DNA from: a virus
Length of the DNA stretch: 64,000 nucleotides
Direction: 5' to 3' (one strand)
IMG/VR virus record: IMGVR_UViG_3300012663_001306
Span: 50,409 to 114,408 of that record
This document shows, one piece after another, positions 48,002 through 58,000 of the stretch (positions are counted from its first letter, which is position 1; every line of letters begins with the position of its first letter). Made by a program: the position numbers and the translations under genes. The notes below the pieces were generated by a model that searched no databases, was not told the origin of the DNA, and worked only from the letters and a program-made list of their open reading frames with translations.

Positions 48002-48721
48002 ATGAAAATTTGGATTTATTATCATATAGCTCAACTACCAGGCTGGAAAGAACTTGTAGAAGAAAAAATTAAGTTAATGAAAACAACAGGTCTGTGGAAT
48101 GCCGCTGACAAAATTGTTATACAATTACATTATGATCCGTACGAAGGATCTGGGTGGGCCAGGCAGAACATGGATCTCATCGACGCTCGTGTTGAAGTTG
48201 TCCCGCATATAGAACGATTTGGTTTTATAGGGTTTCGCCCCAGCTTCAAACCTGTAGGTGAAGTATATTCAATAAGAGAGTTACACGACGATTGTAATCG
48301 TGCTACGGAAAATACTGCGGTGTTTCATTTCCATACTAAGGGAATTACCCACAGATGGGACGAAACATGGCCTGTTGCAGAAAAGTGGAACGAATATTTA
48401 GAATATTGGAATATTAAAAATTGGCAACTATGTGTTAAATCACTCGAAGCAGGATACGATACTGTTGGTGCTAACTGGCACAATGGATGTTGGTCCGGAA
48501 CTATTTGGTGGGCCAGCACTGATTTTATTAAAAAGATCCCCTTGCTTAAATGGCCGCATGAAGTTAAATTTGAAAAACAATTAAATGGATGGTCGAATAT
48601 GCACGATGCCGAACATTGGATAGGACAACAAAATCCTAGAAGATTAACATTGCATCAATTAGACTACGGAATTAATTATTACCAAGGGCCCGAGCCTGCA
48701 GAATATAAATTTAATTCATAA
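48002..48721 (+). CDS. Putative glycosyltransferase-like protein with HTKG motif (239 aa)
   Basis: IYYHI N-terminus, FHFHTKG, YDTVG.N, GTIWWA, AEHWIG. I recall this pattern from viral glycosylation clusters; function inferred. Confidence 0.5.
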   Translation: MKIWIYYHIAQLPGWKELVEEKIKLMKTTGLWNAADKIVIQLHYDPYEGSGWARQNMDLIDARVEVVPHIERFGFIGFRPSFKPVGEVYSIRELHDDCNRATENTAVFHFHTKGITHRWDETWPVAEKWNEYLEYWNIKNWQLCVKSLEAGYDTVGANWHNGCWSGTIWWASTDFIKKIPLLKWPHEVKFEKQLNGWSNMHDAEHWIGQQNPRRLTLHQLDYGINYYQGPEPAEYKFNS

Positions 48722-48722
48722 A

Positions 48723-48744
48723 AAAAGCACCCTAGGGTGCTTTT
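48723..48744. terminator. Bidirectional intrinsic terminator between convergent genes
   Basis: Perfect palindrome AAAAGCACCCTAGGGTGCTTTT flanked by A and T tracts. Confidence 0.85.
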
Positions 48745-48747
48745 CTT

Positions 48748-51678
48748 TTAAGCCTGAGCTTCTGTCCAGGCTATACGAGCATTAACCGAGTTAATTGTAA
48801 CTGGTGTAACGTTTTGGGCACACATAGTTACAATATCGGGACCGTCTGGGTACTTATTTTGAGCACCCGATGGAACTGTATAACTAGTACCGCCACCTAA
48901 AATACTATTACCTAGATCGCGCACTGTAGTTAAGTCAAAGGATGAAACTCCCGGAGTAGTGGTAAAGAAGCCAAATATTGTTTCGCCTCCAGTAATTGTC
49001 TGTCCTGCTGTATGGTAAGCAATTTGAGAAAGACTAGATCCGCCAGCTGCCGCAAATGTTCCGCCTGATAAATTGCCATTAAGTCGCAAAGTAATCAAGA
49101 AAGACACGTTAGTACCAGTTGAATATACACCAGCTTGTTGCAACTTCAACTGCATGGTGTTAAGAATTTCACGTTGGCCAACGATACCAGTTAATCCAGA
49201 ATCTACACTAGGTGCGACTCGAATACTAATTAAAGGTTGTACAACGTTGGTAGCCAAGGTAGCAATAGTTGCTGTCATACCCGCTACGAAAATTAACGAT
49301 TTATCATCATCATATCGACCATCCATAATAACCGATGATCCCCAATGACTGATAGTATTGGCAGATTGAGGACCCCACCATGATACCCCAACTGGTGCAG
49401 ATCCTAATGGTAATGTAGCAGTAACGTTGGCTAAGTTAAATGCCGTGGCGGCTGCTCCACCACCACCAGTTAATCCGCCCGGTCCTATTAAATTTTGGAC
49501 GCCACGAGTTAATCCGGTAAATGATGTGTCTGTTTTACCTGTATAGTTTACATATTCAATGGCTGCGCCGGTGTTTCCGCTGGCCATGATAGTTATTGTT
49601 CCTGTGCTTGCAAAACCGACAGTACTATCTACAGATATTGAGGTAGCACCTGTTGTAATATTGGCAGTTACGTTTGCAGTTGGGTAGAATGTATTAACTT
49701 CGTATCTAGCAGGAAGGTTACCAGAACGCATATAAGCTTCTGTTTGATTATTAGCATGAGCTAATCTATGGCAATATATTACTTCACCACGGGCATTCTT
49801 AAAGCCCCAACGAATTGCTCCAGCACCGTACCAACTATAATCTATGTACCACATTTGCATCTTGCTAACATCTACATTAAATCCAGAAGCTCCAGTTCCG
49901 TCACATCTATCAATATTCCATTGACTCTGTGGGATCACAAGATCAATAGTTTTACTAATAGTCACTTGACTAGGAGAAGAAATAGTTGTACCTTTATAAT
50001 CTGGATAAATGGTCATTGCCGTGTTGCTTTGTATACTTAATACTTTATGAGACATTCCTCTAATAACAACAAGATCGCCGACACGCAACTGTTGTGCCCA
50101 AGAAGTATTTGTACCTGTACAAACCTGAGTTCCATTAGTTAAGGCTGTTAGGTAACCTTGCAACTGAGTGGTACTAGATCTACGAACCGCACTTAATGTA
50201 GTACCGTCATAGTTAAAGAAGAATCCGTTTTGAGATGTGAACATTCCCATTCGTATGCTAGCGCCAGTCCATTGATAAGGCTGTACAGTTATTCCATTAA
50301 GAGAAGTTGCAGGACTAGCTTGAGGATTATCTGTTGCGGTATATGTAAATGTCAAATCAGACGCAACAGTTTGTACAACAAAAGTACCGTTGTAAAATGA
50401 TTGGTCTGAGCCAAAAACTATAATAGTAGCGCCAGTTCCCATATTGTGTGGGAATTTTGTAGTTACTGTTACAACTCTTCCAGATGCTGTTAAACTATCA
50501 ATCTGAAAGGGAGAACACAAATTCGAACCAGTGGAGAATTGAACTCCTTTACCTGATTGGTATCGGAAAAATCGACGAGTCTGTCGAATTATTTGATTCC
50601 CTTGGTAAGGGTAACCATCAGTAAAAGTTACGCCGCCGTCGTATGCTCTGTGAATACTGGTTCCCCATGTTCTAGCATATAATGTAGCTTGAGCTCCGGC
50701 GGTAGCAGTAATTGTCCCCGATGGCGTATTAATTACATCAAATATAAACGTGTTACTGGTAGGAGTTTGACGAACTTGCCAAGTACCGTTTGGAGCATTA
50801 GTACCTGTTGTTCCCACTACAAATATAGCCTGGCCAACTGAAAGTCCGTGGTGATTTGTTGTTGTGCAGGTTACTGCTGTTCCTACGTTGGTAAAGGCTG
50901 CACCAGCTGATGCAGAAAGTGGTATACCCGCTTGAGTATAGAATGAACCAATAAAAATGTAAGTTTTAGTTGGATCAAAAATATTAGATGTTGTCACAGC
51001 AGATCTAGAAACGTATGTAAAGTTAGCATTAGTTGACACGGTTGCAGGTAAGTACCAACCGTTAGCAGAAGGGTCGATAGTATCCTGGACAAAAATAGGA
51101 GTACTTGTTGTAATATTTGTTGTATTATTAATTGTAACTGTTATTACTCGACCTGCATTCCCGGTCATTGCGGTAATCTGATAAGAACCAATTGCACTAC
51201 CAATAGTAAGAACAGTTGCTACGTTACTAATACCTTGTGTTGGGTCATAGAAAGCAGCCGGTCTATTATTAACAAGTGCCAATGTTTCCCACTTGGTACT
51301 TTGAACACCATATTCAAAGTCAGTATCAATTAACGACTGGGGATTGCTTACACGCAATTTTCCCACAGGATCTTGTAATACTTCTGATGGGCGAAATAAT
51401 TCTTCAATTTCGTCTACAATGATACTTAACTTGTCGCTAGCGTTCATACCACTACAGTTATACGCTAATATGATTGTAGTTGTTTCAATGTTACTTGCAA
51501 CACTTGTGGTGTATGTACCAGCAGTTAAAGACGAATCGGCAAAATTATAGATAATAGTGTTAGTTGTTACGTTAGTAATAAGAACTAACTGTTCTCTTCT
51601 AATTGCTTTACCAGTTATCACCACAGTATTACTACCGGGTGTAAAGGTATATCTTTCTAAAATTACGTGTTTTGCCAT
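48748..51678 (-). CDS. Large virion structural protein (976 aa)
   Basis: DPVGKLRVSNPQSLIDTDFEYG, QTRRFFRYQSGKG, IDYSWYGAGAIRWG; repeated VTxTT..H..GxxIxV.G...NGT..V beta modules; Thr/Gly-rich. Confidence 0.7.
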   Translation of the reverse strand: MAKHVILERYTFTPGSNTVVITGKAIRREQLVLITNVTTNTIIYNFADSSLTAGTYTTSVASNIETTTIILAYNCSGMNASDKLSIIVDEIEELFRPSEVLQDPVGKLRVSNPQSLIDTDFEYGVQSTKWETLALVNNRPAAFYDPTQGISNVATVLTIGSAIGSYQITAMTGNAGRVITVTINNTTNITTSTPIFVQDTIDPSANGWYLPATVSTNANFTYVSRSAVTTSNIFDPTKTYIFIGSFYTQAGIPLSASAGAAFTNVGTAVTCTTTNHHGLSVGQAIFVVGTTGTNAPNGTWQVRQTPTSNTFIFDVINTPSGTITATAGAQATLYARTWGTSIHRAYDGGVTFTDGYPYQGNQIIRQTRRFFRYQSGKGVQFSTGSNLCSPFQIDSLTASGRVVTVTTKFPHNMGTGATIIVFGSDQSFYNGTFVVQTVASDLTFTYTATDNPQASPATSLNGITVQPYQWTGASIRMGMFTSQNGFFFNYDGTTLSAVRRSSTTQLQGYLTALTNGTQVCTGTNTSWAQQLRVGDLVVIRGMSHKVLSIQSNTAMTIYPDYKGTTISSPSQVTISKTIDLVIPQSQWNIDRCDGTGASGFNVDVSKMQMWYIDYSWYGAGAIRWGFKNARGEVIYCHRLAHANNQTEAYMRSGNLPARYEVNTFYPTANVTANITTGATSISVDSTVGFASTGTITIMASGNTGAAIEYVNYTGKTDTSFTGLTRGVQNLIGPGGLTGGGGAAATAFNLANVTATLPLGSAPVGVSWWGPQSANTISHWGSSVIMDGRYDDDKSLIFVAGMTATIATLATNVVQPLISIRVAPSVDSGLTGIVGQREILNTMQLKLQQAGVYSTGTNVSFLITLRLNGNLSGGTFAAAGGSSLSQIAYHTAGQTITGGETIFGFFTTTPGVSSFDLTTVRDLGNSILGGGTSYTVPSGAQNKYPDGPDIVTMCAQNVTPVTINSVNARIAWTEAQA

Positions 51679-51730
51679 TTAATATTCCTAATTCCGTGTG
51701 AGATTTATGCTAGCCCAGGATATGATCTAA

Positions 51731-51961
51731 TTATTCAACGTCAACTGGTTGACCAGGAACTGGCCATAACCAGGAGATATCCTGGGCGCCGTGTCCAATG
51801 TCATGCTTGGCTGCAAAAATAATCTGATTGCCGTGATTCAAAACAGCACCGTCGTCACCTGTTAATCTAGCAACTCTCTCCATTGCTTCTGCTAACATCA
51901 ATCCTTGCACAATGTAAAAATGTGTGTATCCCGGGAAAATTTGACTTAATTCTTCGTACAT
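51731..51961 (-). CDS. Hypothetical protein (76 aa)
   Basis: AAAGGA SD; TAAATA at 51996-52001. Confidence 0.6.
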   Translation of the reverse strand: MYEELSQIFPGYTHFYIVQGLMLAEAMERVARLTGDDGAVLNHGNQIIFAAKHDIGHGAQDISWLWPVPGQPVDVE

Positions 51962-52002
51962 TTTTTTAATCCTTTCAAATGTAAAACTTGTATCTTATTT
52001 AG

Positions 52003-55000
52003 TTAATTCCAAAACTGTATAGGCTCTTTTTTAGGTGCCGCAACATCGACAATACCGTTTTGCCCATTTTTACCAGCGCCAGTCTGGAATTTAACAATTC
52101 GTCCATCGGTTATTAAACTTACATTAACTGCAAACACTTTGTTAATCTGCTTTTGTAGGCTAGATAACTTTGGATCCACAGTATTTATAGCTAAACTATT
52201 TCCAAATGTAGATAACATTCTTCCATATTTGTAACCCTGTGCCATCTCAGCGTAGTATAGCATTTCTCTTGGGTTAGTTGGAGCAAGTGTTGTTTTAACA
52301 TCACTGCGCCTAAATATTGGCACACTTGCTCCGGCAATGGTCCCTCGACCACTAACTTCTAAATAAAAACCGTTAGTTAATTTATTAACTGTAACGTAGT
52401 TGTTTCCAGAATCAGTTACTAGAGCCGTTGTAGATTGACCATTAACGTTATTGGTCAATTTAACATAAGTTCCAGGATAGTAAGGGCGAGGCAAGCCCAA
52501 GTTATTTGTAAAATATACAGTAACTGGATATCCTGTACCAATACGTCGAATTGTCATACCACTAATTGGAGGTAAGTTGCTTATATTTTCTATCGTAATC
52601 GATCCACCGTCACTTGATAATACTTGTACATCGACGTTATAACCCCCTGCAACAGATTGGAAAATACGCACCGTAGATCCTGCGGGGAATCTGTTGGGTA
52701 TACTATAGTCTGCTTCAAAGTATAATGTTAATACTGGAGATCCAATAGGCACAGCTTTTAGTACATCAGCTTCATTGATGTACCACAAAAGAACGTTTGT
52801 AGTGTATGTTGGGGTTCTACCAATAACCGAAACTACAGGGTCGGTGGATTTTATTATTGCAAGAAAAGGGTCAGTTGCAACTCCTATATTGTCAAAATTT
52901 GATAGATTATCTGGATTAACTTTTGCAGGAGTTGGACTTAATACTCTGCCCTGTTGTATACCGTGACTATAATTAAAACCTGGAGCAATTTTTTGATATT
53001 GTAGTCTAGCTCTAGGACTATCTGGAGCAGTTATAAGACTATAATTATTTTGATTATAGTAGTCAGTAACTCTCGAATATGCAATAAATGGTTGACCGGC
53101 ATCGGCCTTTACTTTTATAGGTGCCAATAATTTATTAACAACTATATTTCTAGCAATGCTTCTAACTACTAACCCGGGCGATACTTTACCTAAAGTTGCA
53201 GGTAGGAACAGAACTTGATATTTGTTGGGATTATCTTTTGCTTTTTCAAAGTTGCCAATCTGTGTAAGGTTGAATGCATTAGGGTCGTCTGTTCTTAAAA
53301 CAAATCCTCGATTAGCAAGACCAACTTTGAAGAGGGCGGTATCTGTTTTTAAGACATATAACTGCTTTTGTAACATATCAGCATTACGTATAGTCCTATC
53401 AGCAGTTAACACTGTATTGGCAGTTATTCTAGCTATGTCAGGAGTATAAAACACTACGGTCTTGTCTGCAGGAGTTTTGAATATTTCAATTCTATCACTG
53501 TCAAATGCTAGATTGCTGTCAGTCCTTAGATTAACCAAAGGTTTTTGCAATGTGTCAATATCAAAGAATACGTTGTCAGATCTCAAAACTGTTGTAGACG
53601 CCGTTCTTCCCAGTGACAATTCTATTTTAGTATCTCTTAGTATACTGTTGGCTGTTAATTTAGACAACAGAGGAGCATATAAAACTTGAGTTTTGTCTGC
53701 AGGGGTCTTAAATATTTCAATCCTATCGCTGTCAAATGCTAGATTGCTGTCAGTCCTTAGCAAGGTTATAGCAGTCGTTTTTCCAACAAATAGTCCATGT
53801 GTGATGTCTCGCAAAACACTAGTCGAAGTTAACTTAGATAATTCAGGTGTATAAAATACCTGTGTTCTATCTGCAGGTATTCTAAATGGATTTTGAATAG
53901 CACCTGTATTAAATGTTAAAGTTAAATTATTATCAGTTCTTAAATTAAACAACTGCTTTTCTACGGTGTTAATATTAAGTAGAATCTTATCAGATGTTAA
54001 GACTATTGCAGATGTTAATTTATCAACTGATAATGTTGTTTGAGCATCTCTAATAGTTACTAACTGTTTTTGTAATGTGTCTATATTAAATCTAATATTG
54101 TCAGATTTTAAGTAAGATACCGATTTTAAGTTGGATGATAACGGGGCATAAAATAATGACGATTGATTTGCATTTAATAATTTGCCTCTCTCAATTGCAC
54201 CTATTGTTAGAGAAGAAAGAAATTTATAATCTTGTCTTATGGTTATAGCCGATGTTAATTTATCAACTGTTAATAATGTTAAAGAACTTTTTAATGTTGT
54301 ATTAGAAGTTAATTTAGATGATAACGGTGTAAAGAATACCTGAGTTCTATCAGCAGGTATCCTAAATGGATTTTGAATAGCACCTGTATTAAATGTTAAA
54401 GTTAAATTGTTATCAGTCCTTAGTGTTGTAATAGCAGACAACTTGTCAACATCAAATATTAGATTATTATCAGTCCTTAGTGCTGTAATAACAGATAACC
54501 TATTAACATTAAATGTTAGATTGTTATCAGATCTTAAATTAAACAACTCTTTTGGTAAACTACTAATTGTTGGTGTATAGAATACCTGAGTTCTATCAGC
54601 AGGTATCTTAAATGGATTAATTAAATCTACATCAAATGTTAAATTGCTGTCAGTTCTTAATGGAGTAATAATAGATAACTTATCAACACCAAATGTTAGA
54701 CTATTATCAGTTTTTAAGTTGAGTAACTGTTTCTGTAAGTTATTGACATCAAGTAATGTATTCTTTTGATCAGCTCTCAGTACTGCATTAGCAGTTAGTT
54801 TATCTAGCGTAGGTGTAAAGAATACCTGAGTTCTATCAGCAGGTATCTTAAATGGATTAATTAAATCTACATCAAATGTTAAATTGCTGTCAGTTCTTAA
54901 TGGAGTAATAATAGATAACTTATCAACACCAAATGTTAGACTATTATCAGTTTTTAAGTTGAGTAACTGTTTCTGTAAGTTATTGACATCAAGTAATGTA

Positions 55001-58000
55001 TTCTTTTGATCAGCTCTCAGTACTGCATTAGCAGTTAGTTTATCTAGCGTAGGTGTAAAGAATACCTGAGTTCTATCAGCAGGTATCTTAAATGGATTAA
55101 TTAAATCTACATCAAATGTTAAATTGCTGTCAGTTCTTAATGGAGTAATAATAGATAACTTATCAACGCTAGTTTTTAGACTATTATCAGTCCTTAAATT
55201 GAATAATTGTTTTTGTAAAGTATCAGTGTTGAATGTTAAATTGCTGTTAGCTCTTAAATTGAATAATTGTTTTTGTAAGTTATTGACATCAAATAATGTA
55301 TTCTTTTGATCAGCTTTTAGTACTGCATTAGAAGTTAATCTATCTAGTGTAGGTGTAAAGAATACCTGAGTTCTATCAGCAGGTATCTTAAATGGATTTT
55401 GAATAGCACCTGTATTAAATGTTAAACTACTATCAGTTCTTAATTTGAATAATTGTTTTTCTAAATCATTGACATTGAATAACACATTTTGTCGATCAGC
55501 TCTTAACACACTCATCGATTGTGTTTTACCTAAGTTTAAGTTATACGAAGGTTCTTTAATTGCTGTAATTGGTTTGCTTAGATTTCCTGAATAAATTATT
55601 GAACTAATAGACCTTGCGGTTGCGGCAGTTTGTAATTTTCCTAAATTAGTTGGTAAGAATAATGTTTGATTATTGAACGCACTCTGCTTAGATCGTTCTA
55701 TATAACTTATTGTATTCCAAAAATAGGTAAGGTCCGATTTTAGATTAAATAATTGCTTTTGTAAAGTACTAACAGTAACCCCAGAAGTGTTATCAGATCG
55801 TAAATTAAACAACTGTTTTTGTAAAGTGTTAGCTGTAAATATTGGGTTAGCGTCTGTTTTTAGTGTGTTTATTGATAACGTTTTACCAACAGATATTATA
55901 GTTGATGAATCTCGAAGTACGGCTGCGGCAGTTAATTTAGACAGTAGCGGTGTAAAGAATACCTGAGTTCTATCAGCAGGTATCCTAAATGGATTCTGAA
56001 TAGCACCCGCATTAAATGTTAAAGTTAAATTGTTATCAGTTCTTAAACTAAACAACTGTTTCTGTAACATGTTGACAGAAAATCTAAAGTTGTTATCAGT
56101 CCTTAAACTGAACAACTGTTTCTGTAACATGTTGACAGAAAATCTAAAATTGTTATCAGTTATTAATTTTGTAACTGCACTTACTTTACTAACTTGCGGT
56201 AGATTGGTGCTACTTCTTACCAAAGTGGCAGCAGTTAATTTAGATAATAATGGCGTGTAGAATACCTGAGTTCTATCTGCAGGTATCCTAAATGGATTCT
56301 GAATAGCACCCGCATTAAATGTTAAAGTTAAATTGTTATCAGTTCTTAAATTAAACAACTGTTTCTGTAATGTGTCCCCAGAAAATCTAAAGTTGTTATC
56401 ACTTATTAATTTTGTAACTGCAAATAATTTATCAGCCCTAAATGCTAAATTGTTATCAGTTCTTAAATTAAACAACTGTTTCTGTAACATGTTAACAGCA
56501 AAAGCAGAAACGTTATCAGTTCTTAAATTAAACAACTCTTTTGGTAAACTACTGATTGTTGGTGTATAGAATACCTGAGTTCTATCAGCAGGTATCTTAA
56601 ATGGATTAATTAAATCTACATCAAATGTTAAGTTGTTATCTGTACGCAATTTTGTAATAGCAGATAGCTTATCAACATCAAATATTAGATTATTATCAGT
56701 TCTTAAATTGAACAATCTCTTTTGTAGATTACCAGAATTCCTAATACTAATATCTGATTGCAACTTATTCATTGAGGCTAATTTGCCAGACGATCTTCTA
56801 TCATCGGGAGGCATGCCAATTGTATTTCCAAGTCCGTAGACTATACTTCTATTAAGTCGAGTACCTTGTCCTATATTGATATAGTATAATATTTCTCTTG
56901 GATATACTGGTTGTGTAGTTGTAACAACACTTGTTTGAGAAAAAGATATAGCTATTTTAGGTATGTAAGTATCGGGAGTTGCTAATATAAATGCACCATC
57001 TGCTAATTTCCTAGTAGTTTTAAGATCTCCCGACGAAACAACAAATGTCGGCAATCCTTTTAGTCTAGCAGCTGATGCAATTTTTCCTGTATAAGATAAA
57101 TTATTATCTGAGGCAATGATTTGACCACTAACAATAGAAAGATTATATCTATATCCCGGTGCTATATTAGCATAATATAAAGTTTCTCTTGGATTTGTAG
57201 GTGCTACCAATGTAGATACATATTTTTGTTCATACACTGACCCAAATACTTTTTCAATTGTCATATTACTGATAACTGGGAATGCACTTGTACTGATAAA
57301 ACTAGACGCCAATGTGGATGTAGTGATTGTAAATGTAGAGGTAGCAGTGGTAACTGTAGGAATTCCTCCCAATGGTAGCGGAGTTCGATGGTCTCCAGGC
57401 TCTAACCAAAAGAATCCATTCGCGGCTCCAGTTACTCCTCTCCCTCTTCTACTGTCTGCAATTAATACAATGTCAATAACTCCGTTGCCAACACCGGGAT
57501 TAGTTGGATCTTCATAAAATGCCGCTTCCCATACTAATGTCGGTGTTCCAGTTTCGGAAGTAAATCCGTATCCTTCAAATCTAATTCGATAAGTTTGACT
57601 GCCGGGTGCGCCATCTGTTTTAACAAATATTTGACTTGACTTATTGTTATAGCTACTAATATACAATCCGTTAACAAACAGATCTGCTGGGCCCAAGAAA
57701 CTTGGAGACCATTGGTCGTACGGAACATCTATATTGCCTTGATCATCAATCCAACTAGCTTCAGCATACTGGCCAAAGTAGATAGCACTATTTGTTCCCA
57801 ATGCATAATTTTCGTAAATTTGTCCATCAAATAATAAACTAAATGGGGGGAATAAGTTATAATACCCATTGTCTAATTCAATAGTTTCCGGATATCCTGC
57901 ATTGAATATCTCTGTCATTGTACTACTGCCTAGTTCAGTAATATCTGTTCTATTATTTGTAAATGTTGTTGTGCCGGCAGTGGCTGAATTTATCCTGGTA

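Noticed and set aside
53200-56800. Recurrent aatacctgagttctatcagcaggtat blocks as a CRISPR array or DGR template/variable repeats
   Set aside because: They are in-frame coding repeats with irregular spacing. No reverse transcriptase in the window and no adenine-specific mismatch pattern noticed.
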